DNA of 57,448 bases from Luteolibacter sp. Its GTDB lineage: Bacteria > Verrucomicrobiota > Verrucomicrobiia > Verrucomicrobiales > Akkermansiaceae. Location: positions 1-57,448 of the forward strand of contig JBDTNJ010000392.1 of NCBI GenBank assembly GCA_039933825.1, in the 5' to 3' direction. Below are positions 28,971 through 37,611 of this stretch, piece by piece; position 1 is the first letter of the stretch, and each line of letters begins with the position of its first letter. A program made the position numbers and the translations under genes. The notes below the pieces were generated by a model. It was not told the DNA's origin. It made no database searches and saw only the letters and a list, made by a program, of their open reading frames with translations.

Positions 28971-29442
28971 TTAACCGCAAAGGCGCTAAGGTCGCAAAGG
29001 AACGCAAAGTTAAGATGGAAAGTTGTGAACGAGGCGTTTGATTCCGTCTTTAAGGCGGACGCAATGAAAGTTGATCAAAAGTCCGAGGTGGTTGTCTGAC
29101 ATTCTCAGATAGGTGAGGAGTTGGGCCGAATGGATCGGCAACAGTGTTTCGACGGTCTTGAGTTCGATTACCAAACGGTTTTCAACAAGCAGGTCGATTC
29201 GGTAAGCTTCGGGAACCAACAAATCCTTGTATTTAATCGGGAGGAGTAACTGCCTAACTGAGCTCAATCCGCGCAACTGCAATTCATGTTGAAGACTCAG
29301 CTCATAAGTTGACTCCAACAACTCCGGCCCAAGGTCGCGATGAACCTCAATGGCCGCACCAATCACCTCGTTGGAAAGTTTGTTCAAATAGTCCTTCATA
29401 TTCCTTTGCGTCCCTTCGCGACCTTAGCGCCTTTGCGGTTAA
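28971..29442. mobile_element. Putative GxxExxY cassette bounded by 39-bp inverted repeats (28971-29009 and 29404-29442)
   Basis: ttaaccgcaaaggcgctaaggtcgcaaaggaacgcaaag versus reverse complement of the right arm: 37/39 identical; both ends TTAA. Confidence 0.6.
29010..29399 (-). CDS. GxxExxY protein (PD-(D/E)XK nuclease-like)
   Basis: [50 protein letters not shown]. Confidence 0.9.
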   Translation of the reverse strand: MKDYLNKLSNEVIGAAIEVHRDLGPELLESTYELSLQHELQLRGLSSVRQLLLPIKYKDLLVPEAYRIDLLVENRLVIELKTVETLLPIHSAQLLTYLRMSDNHLGLLINFHCVRLKDGIKRLVHNFPS

Positions 29443-29444
29443 TC

Positions 29445-30539
29445 TTACCGAATCTCAGGAATCTCCCGCGGGGCGTATTTGGCGACGGCCTGCGCAATGG
29501 CGGCGACGTGTTCAGGCGTATTTCCACAACAACCACCTGCTAGATTAAGCAGGCCGGCTTTGGCGAATTCCGCCATGTAGTCATACATGTGCTTCGGCTC
29601 CAGATCGAAGCCGGTGGGCGCAAGCGGATTCGGCAGACCGGCGTTCGGATAACAGGAAATGCAGGTGGAAGCACAGGCGGAAAGCTCTTCCAAATGCGGA
29701 CGCATCAGATCCGGTCCGAGCGAACAATTCAGGCCGATCGCGAGAGGTTTCACATGGGCGAATGCATTCCAAAGCGCTTCGACTTTCTGCGCGGAAATCA
29801 TCGTTTCCCCACCGAGCCCGACTGCTGCCGAGACGATTACCGGCAGGCGATAGTTCTTTTCGGCGAAAATTTCTTCGATCGCCACACAGGCCGCCTTGGC
29901 ATTGAGCGAATCGAAAATCGTTTCGACCATGAGGATATCGCAGCCACCTTCGATCAGACCAAGGATTTGGTGGCGGTAGGCGGCGAGCACTTGGTCGAAG
30001 GTCACCACCCGGAAGCCAGAGTCATTCGCATCCGGCGAGTTGCTGAGAGAAACGGTGAGCGGCCCGATCGCCCCAGCGACGTAGCGCTTGCGGCCGGTGT
30101 CGGTGCCGATGTTGTCCGCCCATGTGCGGCAAAGTCGCGAGGACTCGACGTTCATTTCCCACGCAAGATCATTCAGAAATGGATCCTCGAGGATTTTCTG
30201 GAAAAATTCGGGATCCTTGCGGCCACCCTTTTCGCGCGGATCTTCGACGAAAAATTCGCTCTGCGCGATCCCGGTGGCGGAGAATGTATTCGTTTCACAA
30301 ATGTCCGAACCCGCCTCGTAAAAACGCTTGTGAATGTCTCCGATGACTTCAGGGCGGGTGAGGGAGAGGATGTCGCCATTATTCAGCAAATCCTTCTCAT
30401 TTTCCGCAAATCGAGGGCCGCGGGCATCGGCCTCGTTGAGTCCGTAGGTCCGGATCGTGGTTCCCATGGCCCCATCGAGAACGAAAATTCGCTCTGCGAG
30501 GGCGTTTTGGATTTCAACAGTAGCGTCGGCCTGTGGCAT
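29445..30539 (-). CDS. metH: Methionine synthase, N-terminal homocysteine S-methyltransferase part
   Basis: VLDGAMGT, ETNTF, ETIFDSLNAKA, GLNCSLG, YPNAGLPN, GGCCGNTPEH. Confidence 0.95.
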   Translation of the reverse strand: MPQADATVEIQNALAERIFVLDGAMGTTIRTYGLNEADARGPRFAENEKDLLNNGDILSLTRPEVIGDIHKRFYEAGSDICETNTFSATGIAQSEFFVEDPREKGGRKDPEFFQKILEDPFLNDLAWEMNVESSRLCRTWADNIGTDTGRKRYVAGAIGPLTVSLSNSPDANDSGFRVVTFDQVLAAYRHQILGLIEGGCDILMVETIFDSLNAKAACVAIEEIFAEKNYRLPVIVSAAVGLGGETMISAQKVEALWNAFAHVKPLAIGLNCSLGPDLMRPHLEELSACASTCISCYPNAGLPNPLAPTGFDLEPKHMYDYMAEFAKAGLLNLAGGCCGNTPEHVAAIAQAVAKYAPREIPEIR

Positions 30540-30545
30540 GGCCGG

Positions 30546-30604
30546 AAGCTAGCCATTAAATTGTCCACTTCAAGAAACAAATCTTCATATCAGGATATGA
30601 CGAT
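30546..30604 (-). promoter_or_regulatory. metH promoter with an upstream palindromic operator candidate
   Basis: Minus strand TTGAAG-16 nt-TAGCTT-6 nt-ATG; TCATATC-ag-GATATGA at 30585-30600. Confidence 0.5.
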
Positions 30605-30634
30605 GGGTAAGCGTAATTCGCACCTCATGAGCCG

Positions 30635-30846
30635 TCACCTAAACAACTTCCAGCCTGCGGTGTTGGATCGCTTCGAGAATGTCGTCCGGGCGAACGTTCA
30701 GCGAACCGGAAAGATCAGCGAAGGTGCGGGCGGCTTTGAAAAGCCGGTCATGCGCGCGGGTGGAGAAGTTCATTTCCTCGATCGCATGTTCGAGGTAGCC
30801 GTTACTCTCGGACTTGGAGGACTACTTGAAGCGCTCGGTCCGGATA
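30635..30846 (-). pseudogene. comM: Decayed copy of the comM (YifB) 3' end
   Basis: Translates [62 protein letters not shown], matching the C-terminus of 55888-57423; has a stop codon, an internal deletion and a terminal frameshift. Confidence 0.9.
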
Positions 30847-30957
30847 CTGAGGCTGGGTGAGGTTGCGCCCGATGCAGTGTGGCGGTGGCGGATTTGCCGC
30901 GCTTTTACGAATCCGCTCGCCACTTGGAAGGGATGGTGTTGGAGTTCCGGGAGCAAG

Positions 30958-32343
30958 ATGGATATCGTCAAGACGCTGCTCAAAGTGTTGGTCATCGCCA
31001 TCGTTTATTTGGGAATCGGCCCGATGCTGGGCTACTACCTGAAAGGCAAGGACTTCGCCCGGCGGGTGACTTTGGGTTTCATGGCGTGGTGGTTGGTCAG
31101 GCCGCCATCGGATTTCACCTTGATGCTGTATTCCATCGAGACCTACCGGGGGCATGTTCGGGGATTCCAGTTCAATTATTTGGAGGCGATCGCCATGGGA
31201 CTGGCTCTGGCCGCATTGTTGGAAAAGCGCCGGGATTTCGGCTTTTTTCCGCCGGGATTGTGGGCGTGGTTCTTATGGGTAGGCGTGGGAATGCTCTCGG
31301 TATGGGGCGCGATGAATTCGATTTACGCCCTGATGCCAGCCTTCAAATACGCGAAAATGGCGTTCATTTTTGTCGGTGTATTCGCCGCCTTGCACGATGA
31401 GCGGGATATAAAAGCAGTAATGAGGGGCTTTGCCATCGCGCTGATCCTGCAACTGGTGATCTGTTTGTGGGGACGATATGTGAGAGGCGGGTTCCGTGTG
31501 ATGGGGTGGTTCGAGCACCAGAATCCGATGGCGATGTGGTCTTACATGATCGCTTTCCCCATTCTGGCTCTGGCGATTTCCAAGGAAACCAAGCCCAGGG
31601 ACGTGATCTTGTTTTTCGTGGCCTTCGCATCGGCGGGAATCGTGGTGGTGCTCTCGGTTTCACGCGCATCGCTCGCCGCATTCGGCATTGGCACGGTGCT
31701 AGTGATGGTCGCAGCGTTCCTTCAGGGAGTTACTGCCCGGCGGGTGGCATTGGCGGTGGTGATGGGCCTCGGTGGCGTGATTGTGATGGCCAAAGCCGCG
31801 GATACTTTCATGGAACGGATGGGTGAGGACAGCTCGCCGAAAAACGATCTCAGATACGCGCTCAACAAACAGGCAGCAGCCATGCACGACGATCATCCGC
31901 TGGTTGGCATCGGCTGGAATAACTACGGCTTGGCAAACAGCAGGCCGCAGGGGCTCAAATACTCGCAAGTTCTTGAACACTGGGAAGAGGACCGGGGACG
32001 GGCGATCTATCCGGAAATGTATATGGCCAATCCGCTGACAGAGAGTCTCTACTGGCTGATCCTCGCGGAAAACGGGACGCTGGGGCTAGTTTCATTTCTG
32101 CTATTCGCCCTTGTCACCCTCTGGCATGGCCTGCGGTCCACGGTGGAGTTTTGGAAAACTTCGCTCGGACTGTTCTTCTTTGCCGTGACGATGGCGCTGG
32201 CGATCAGCTATTTCCACGGCCAGGTGGAGCGCGTGCTCACGCAAATGAAAAACCTCTGCACATGGATCATGCTCTGCGCGATCCTTTCTCGTGCCGAATG
32301 GTGGCGGCGTCAGGCAAAAGCGAACCGGCAATTGAATCGCTGA
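30958..32343 (+). CDS. O-antigen ligase / Wzy-like polymerase
   Basis: About 12 TM segments, HQNPMA, SVSRAS, HPLVGIGWNNY loop; start at MDIVKTLL. Confidence 0.8.
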   Translation: MDIVKTLLKVLVIAIVYLGIGPMLGYYLKGKDFARRVTLGFMAWWLVRPPSDFTLMLYSIETYRGHVRGFQFNYLEAIAMGLALAALLEKRRDFGFFPPGLWAWFLWVGVGMLSVWGAMNSIYALMPAFKYAKMAFIFVGVFAALHDERDIKAVMRGFAIALILQLVICLWGRYVRGGFRVMGWFEHQNPMAMWSYMIAFPILALAISKETKPRDVILFFVAFASAGIVVVLSVSRASLAAFGIGTVLVMVAAFLQGVTARRVALAVVMGLGGVIVMAKAADTFMERMGEDSSPKNDLRYALNKQAAAMHDDHPLVGIGWNNYGLANSRPQGLKYSQVLEHWEEDRGRAIYPEMYMANPLTESLYWLILAENGTLGLVSFLLFALVTLWHGLRSTVEFWKTSLGLFFFAVTMALAISYFHGQVERVLTQMKNLCTWIMLCAILSRAEWWRRQAKANRQLNR

Positions 32344-32347
32344 GAAG

Positions 32348-33427
32348 TCATTGCTGGCTGATGGGAATCGTGACGATTGGATTTGCTTTGCTGCCGACCG
32401 CATTTGCACCCTCACTGGCCGCAATACTGCGGGCGGCGTCCTTGAAGACCAGTTGCACGGTGGTTTCGAGCAATCCCAATGGGCGGCGCGGAATCCAGAC
32501 AATGTCGCCCGGTTGGAGCAGCACGTTGGTTTCCCTCCCGGTAAGGATGGCCTTGAGATTGACAGTGGCGGCGCTCGGCTTTTCAAGCGTGCCACGGACG
32601 ATTACGACCTCGTCGAGATAGGCGTCCTTGGCCGGACCTTTGCCCTGGGCGATGCAATCGATCAAGGTCAGCGAATCCTTGTAACCGATCGCTTGGGGCG
32701 CCGTGACCGCACCCAACAGAAGAACCGTGGAGGCGGTGGAGGAAGGCAGATAGATGAAATCGTTATTGCGGAGATAGATGTTCTGCGAGGTGTCTCCGGA
32801 CTTGATCAGTTTTTCGAAGTTCACAGGCAGAATATCGCCATTCCGAATGACAACGCTATTCGAGAGATCCGCGAGCTCTTCGGTGGAGCCGGAGAAACTT
32901 GAAGTGAAAAGCCCGCCGGATTGGGAGATTGCCTCAAGCAGTGTGGTTGGCTGGCGGAGTGGGAAAATTCCGGGCTTGAAAACGCGCCCGAGGATCCAAT
33001 AGCGGCGCGAGCGCACCTCGACCAGGCTGACATTAACGAGCGGATTGGTATAGTCGCGCTTGAGGGATTCTGTTAGTTTTTTAGCGAACTCCGCCTGGGT
33101 AAGCCCCTCCGCGTGGACCCCGCCGGCGAGGTTATAGTAAACCATGCCGTCCGGCATCACGAAGGTGCGTGAGAGTGTTCCCGGAACCTCGGCGATTTCG
33201 ACTTCCACCACATCGCCGGGGCCCAGAATGTATGGCTCTGTCGGCGGGACCAGCAGCTTGTGATCGAGCGAGCGCTTGATCTTGACGTTGGCAAAGGTGA
33301 GATTTCTCACCGTTTGATCACCTTTTCTCGCATCAAACTGGCCCTTGGGAATATTCTGCTGGCAGGAGATAGCCGACAGACAGGCGATGGGAAGCAGGCA
33401 ACAAATCAGTTGTTTGAAGGTGATCAT
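32348..33427 (-). CDS. Polysaccharide export protein (Wza/OPX-like, SLBB repeats), lipoprotein
   Basis: AISC lipobox, YILGPGD, VMPDG, LG.V..PG, LQPGDIVWIP. Confidence 0.88.
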   Translation of the reverse strand: MITFKQLICCLLPIACLSAISCQQNIPKGQFDARKGDQTVRNLTFANVKIKRSLDHKLLVPPTEPYILGPGDVVEVEIAEVPGTLSRTFVMPDGMVYYNLAGGVHAEGLTQAEFAKKLTESLKRDYTNPLVNVSLVEVRSRRYWILGRVFKPGIFPLRQPTTLLEAISQSGGLFTSSFSGSTEELADLSNSVVIRNGDILPVNFEKLIKSGDTSQNIYLRNNDFIYLPSSTASTVLLLGAVTAPQAIGYKDSLTLIDCIAQGKGPAKDAYLDEVVIVRGTLEKPSAATVNLKAILTGRETNVLLQPGDIVWIPRRPLGLLETTVQLVFKDAARSIAASEGANAVGSKANPIVTIPISQQ

Positions 33428-34413
33428 TAGGGTTTGAGGATTGGATCGACGTTGAGATTGATCCAACTGGAAGTGGCGCTTGTAACAAATGCGGAGAGCG
33501 CGGACTTGAGAATGTCTTCTGCCACCACCCAAGGCCTCTCGGAAACGTAAACGATGTCCTTCGGCTGGAGTTTGAAGTCCGTTTCCTTGGCGGCGAGGAT
33601 GTTTTTCACATTGACGACGAAGGTCTGCGGTTTGTCAAAACTGCCACGGATGACGAGAACCTTGTCCGGCCAAGCACGTTCGGTCAGCCCCGATCGACGT
33701 GAGATCGCCGAAACCACGCTGGCGTCCGGAGTCAGGCCTTGCACGCCAGGAGTGTTGACCGCGCCAAGCACGTAGTAATCATTGCTGATGTTGGAGGCGA
33801 TGTAGATGAAATCGTTAGGTTCCACTTCGATGTTGCGACTCATCTCTCCATCGTGGAGAAGTTTGCGGAAATCCACGGGCAATCGCTGCCCGTTGCGCGA
33901 GATGAATGAGCGTTCAAGGTCGGCGAGTTCAATGGTGTTCTTCTCGAACAATCCGGTCTCGATGCCACCCGCGTTGGCGATGGCTTCTACCAACGTGATC
34001 GGCCGCTCCAAGGTCACCACGCCGCGGTTCACCACCTTGCCGAGGATGGTGTAGCGCTTCGAACCAACCTCCTGCGGAGTGATGATAACGCGGGGCGAAC
34101 GGAACGTCACGGATAGACCCTTTTCAATCGCGAGACGCGCCTCGTCCAAGGTCAGTCCCGCGACTTGGATGTTCTGCGCTTGAAGATAACTGATGGTCCC
34201 GTCCGGTGCGACGCGAAAACCCGGGCGGTCGAGCTCCGGACGCCCGTAGAGCGAGAAATTGACCACATCGCCGGGCCCGAGCTCGAAGCGGGTCCGCCAT
34301 GAGGTGGGTGATGGTGCCGGCTGGTTTCCGGGGACTGGAACTGATGGCGTTTGTCCGGTCAGCATGACGACTCCGGCGAAATTCAGGAGGGCTGTTGTTA
34401 GGAAACTTTTCAT
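33427..34413 (-). CDS. Second polysaccharide export protein (Wza/OPX-like, SLBB repeats)
   Basis: ELGPGD, VAPDGTIS, LGKV..., LQPKDIVYV; signal peptide without Cys. Confidence 0.88.
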   Translation of the reverse strand: MKSFLTTALLNFAGVVMLTGQTPSVPVPGNQPAPSPTSWRTRFELGPGDVVNFSLYGRPELDRPGFRVAPDGTISYLQAQNIQVAGLTLDEARLAIEKGLSVTFRSPRVIITPQEVGSKRYTILGKVVNRGVVTLERPITLVEAIANAGGIETGLFEKNTIELADLERSFISRNGQRLPVDFRKLLHDGEMSRNIEVEPNDFIYIASNISNDYYVLGAVNTPGVQGLTPDASVVSAISRRSGLTERAWPDKVLVIRGSFDKPQTFVVNVKNILAAKETDFKLQPKDIVYVSERPWVVAEDILKSALSAFVTSATSSWINLNVDPILKP

Positions 34414-34425
34414 CGCGGGCGAGGT

Positions 34426-36390
34426 TTAGGAAAAACGTTTCACGAGGAAGCCGGAGAGCAATTCACCCGCTTGTCGGATCAGGCCGTCGGGACATTCGGT
34501 CAGTGCAATGGTGCCATCGCAGGGTGGCAGATAGACCTCGGTGATGGAACGGAGCTTGTCGAGGCGGCGGAGCGAATCCTTGTTGTTGGAGACCACCGAG
34601 ATCCAGTGGTCGATCTGAGGGAGCAGATCACGGGCGTCGCCGTGGGGAAACGCCGCTGCTCTGACCAGCGTCGCCGTGTAACTGCGCGTGGAAAGCTGCA
34701 CCGGATAGGAAGCCGACTGCGGGCACGCGAACCAATCCATTGAGTCAGGCAGCGGGCTCTCGCTCCAAAGTGCGTCAGGGGTGAAATCCAAAACGCGGAT
34801 CGGTTTCCCGGTGTCCTTCCACGCGGCCTCCGCCAACTGGAGCCAGAACTTGCGCTCATCTGCCGGCTCGATCGCAGGTGTCCACAACATGAGGTGGATG
34901 GAATTCCCCAAACGGCGCGCCAAATGGGTGACCCAGAGTTGCGCGACCGCCTCGCGGGCTTCGCTTTCGCGGATAGCCGGAATGTTGGCGACGAGCGGTG
35001 CCCGGGTGGCGGCACAGCATTCCAAAATCGAGCGTCGCGATGAACGTTGCGTGAGAAGAAGCGTGAGCATCACCGCCAGCATCCCACCAAGGATCGCCCC
35101 AACAGCCCCGAGTGCGGCGGGCTTCTTGAGCATCGAGGACGGGATAACGCGACGCGGATCGGGCGCTTGAAAAACCTGCCAGTAGCCGGGCGCCCCGGAA
35201 GCAAAAATCTCAGCCTCCTTGAGACGATTGCTCATCAGCGAAAGGCCTTCCGTGAAGGTGTTGCGCTTGTTTTTCAAGGCATCGTAGGTGCTGATGATTC
35301 CCGGAAATTCCCTGAGGCGGGCCGCTGCGATCTGTTGGGATTCTTCCAATGATTTGATCTGCGTAGCGGCTGCTAGATATTCATTGCGGAGGCTGATGAT
35401 GGACAGATAGAGTTGGTTTCCCAGCGGTGTTCCTGTGTAGGATTCGAGATCGTTGTTGCCCTTGTTGCCTCCGAGTTTTTCAATCTGTTCATTGAGGTAT
35501 TCGATGCTTTGCAACTTCGTCTGCACAAGCGGATTGGCGTCCGTGTAGGAGGCCCGCAGATTGGCAAGTTCCTCCTTGGCGGTCTTGAGCTGCAGTTCGA
35601 TCGGACTCTGGCGCTGGATCTGATCGTTAAAGTTTTTCAACTGCTGCTCCTTTGCGGATGCGGAAGTCCGTGCGGTGTCCAACTGCATGTCGATCTGCGA
35701 TAGCTGGCTCAGGGCGGAAGCCACCTGTGTCTCGCCACCCAGATAGCCTTTTTCCTTCGAGAAATTCAGGATCTCGAGGTTCGTGTCGTCGATCTGCTTA
35801 TCGAGAGCGTGAACTTCCTTCTCGAGTATCAGCCGGACCCCGTGCGCCTCTGTCTGTTGGAGGCGCTTGGTATAGGCATTGATTTCCTCCGCCCAGATTC
35901 CGGTGAAGGTGAGGGCATCCTCCGCACTGATAGGAGAGTGATAGGTGATGTAGAAAATATCAGTACCTTCGAGCTGCTTCGCCTCGGTGAGTGCCCTCGC
36001 ACTGCCGGGATCAAGATTGTTGGCGGCCCGGCTGATCGCCAGATCGAGCGGTTCGGATGCCAGCAGTGTGGCGAGCAGCGTCGCGTCGTTCAGGTCCACA
36101 GGCCTGTAGGCCTGGCCGGTTTCCGACGTTCTGACGGTTTGCGGAACGCGGCGCTTGATCAGCGACGCCGAGATGGCGAACGACGGTCTGGCTAGGCTGA
36201 CCCCCGCCAGCGTGCCAAGGATTCCCATGATAATCATTCCGATGACGATCCACGGCCAACGCGCCAGCACGCCGGCGATCAAGCGGATCGGATCGAAAGG
36301 TAGCGGAAATCCGAATTTCGGCGGTTTGATTGGTGCAATTACCTCCTGATCCGGCGTAGTTTCCGCGCCGAACCGAAGACTCAATCCCAC
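34426..36390 (-). CDS. Polysaccharide co-polymerase (Wzc/GumC-like) with degenerate kinase domain
   Basis: Two TMs around coiled coils, YTDANPLVQ motif; C-terminal domain lacks the Walker A GK[ST]. Confidence 0.78.
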   Translation of the reverse strand: MGLSLRFGAETTPDQEVIAPIKPPKFGFPLPFDPIRLIAGVLARWPWIVIGMIIMGILGTLAGVSLARPSFAISASLIKRRVPQTVRTSETGQAYRPVDLNDATLLATLLASEPLDLAISRAANNLDPGSARALTEAKQLEGTDIFYITYHSPISAEDALTFTGIWAEEINAYTKRLQQTEAHGVRLILEKEVHALDKQIDDTNLEILNFSKEKGYLGGETQVASALSQLSQIDMQLDTARTSASAKEQQLKNFNDQIQRQSPIELQLKTAKEELANLRASYTDANPLVQTKLQSIEYLNEQIEKLGGNKGNNDLESYTGTPLGNQLYLSIISLRNEYLAAATQIKSLEESQQIAAARLREFPGIISTYDALKNKRNTFTEGLSLMSNRLKEAEIFASGAPGYWQVFQAPDPRRVIPSSMLKKPAALGAVGAILGGMLAVMLTLLLTQRSSRRSILECCAATRAPLVANIPAIRESEAREAVAQLWVTHLARRLGNSIHLMLWTPAIEPADERKFWLQLAEAAWKDTGKPIRVLDFTPDALWSESPLPDSMDWFACPQSASYPVQLSTRSYTATLVRAAAFPHGDARDLLPQIDHWISVVSNNKDSLRRLDKLRSITEVYLPPCDGTIALTECPDGLIRQAGELLSGFLVKRFS

Positions 36391-36432
36391 AGGAGACTCA
36401 AAGGGAGTGTGATGGCTCTTATTTTGGATAAG

Positions 36433-37611
36433 TTAAGTATTAGGTAGGGCCTGTACCTTTTGCAAGTGTGAAACGGGGGCTCCGGCGAGAGTGAGAACGG
36501 TGTCTGCAAAGGATTTCCGGAAAGATTCCAGCGACATCGAATTGCGGACTTTTGCGACCAGATCAGCATCTGGGGCAGGCATCCCGCTGGCGACGAAACC
36601 GCCGAGCGCCGCCGACAGTGCAGCCGGATCATTAGGGCGAAACCGCCATTTGTCAGGAAGTAGATCTTTCATCCCATCTCGGTCACTGCCGAGCACGGCT
36701 GTCCCGCAGGAAATGGCTTCCAACATGACGAGAGGAAGCCCTTCATATCGGGACGGAATCACCAGTGCGTCCAAGGCGGGGTATAGGATTGCAGGGTCGG
36801 ACCAGGAAAGTACCGTTCCCGAAAGTTGACTCTCGGCAATCAAAGTCTTCAGGGCTTCCGAGTCCGGACCATCCCCCGCAAAAACGAGGTGGCACTTTCT
36901 CACGAGTACGGGATCGGCAGCCACGGCTCGCACGAGGAGGTGTTGTTGTTTCTGGCGGAATTCGATCCTTCCCACCGCTCCGATAAGAACCTTGTCGGCA
37001 GGCAACCCGAGCGCGTTACGGGCGGAGAGGCAGTCGGCCGGTTGGAAACGCCCGGTGTCGACGCCGTTGTAAACAAGGTGGATCGGCGCAGTTGCTCCCC
37101 TGATTTTCAGGAGGCGGGCCATTTCATCCGTGATGGTGATGAACGAGTCCGGGACTTGAAAAAGGTGGGCGCAGAATCGATCCCGCAAGCTGCCGAGACG
37201 AGCACCCATTTCCGCATTCGAATGAGGAACGGGGATATAGCTGGTGGAGGGGATTCCTGCGCGGCGTGCTGCCAACAGAGCGAGCGAAGAATGCTCGATG
37301 TTGCCTTGGATGGCGACGACCAGCGCGGGCTTGATCTCCAAAAACCGCTCTGCCAATGCCTTGCAGCGCGCCGGTTTGAGGCGGTTGCGGATAGCTTCGA
37401 ATTTGGAAGAATGGTAATCCACGGTTTCCAAAGTCAGATGCGCGTGAACGCCGGCGAGTTCCGCGACCTTCGAACAGAGCTTTTCGTTAGCCGACGAAGC
37501 GATGACCCTGACAGGACCCTGGGACGCGCGCACGACAGCCTCCACTCCGAGCAGCGACATCACCTCATGTCCTCCGAAAACCGGGCTGTCGTCGTAAAAA
37601 AGGATGCTCAT
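36433..37611 (-). CDS. Glycosyltransferase family 4
   Basis: FGGHE, YNGVD, GRIEFRQKQQ, PSRYEGLPLVMLEA. Confidence 0.9.
   Translation of the reverse strand: MSILFYDDSPVFGGHEVMSLLGVEAVVRASQGPVRVIASSANEKLCSKVAELAGVHAHLTLETVDYHSSKFEAIRNRLKPARCKALAERFLEIKPALVVAIQGNIEHSSLALLAARRAGIPSTSYIPVPHSNAEMGARLGSLRDRFCAHLFQVPDSFITITDEMARLLKIRGATAPIHLVYNGVDTGRFQPADCLSARNALGLPADKVLIGAVGRIEFRQKQQHLLVRAVAADPVLVRKCHLVFAGDGPDSEALKTLIAESQLSGTVLSWSDPAILYPALDALVIPSRYEGLPLVMLEAISCGTAVLGSDRDGMKDLLPDKWRFRPNDPAALSAALGGFVASGMPAPDADLVAKVRNSMSLESFRKSFADTVLTLAGAPVSHLQKVQALPNT

Noticed and set aside
28954-29447. GxxExxY cassette as an intron or intein interrupting one metH reading frame
   Set aside because: The N-half has its own TAA outside the repeat and the C-half has its own ATG; no splicing motifs seen
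30540-30634. SAM or cobalamin riboswitch upstream of metH
   Set aside because: Region is too short and lacks the conserved aptamer motifs
29589-30860. 423-aa plus-strand ORF
   Set aside because: Antisense shadow of the metH N-half and the comM remnant; no protein motifs
30814-30957. N-terminal extension of the O-antigen ligase ORF
   Set aside because: TTG start inside the comM remnant; the membrane protein plausibly begins at ATG 30958
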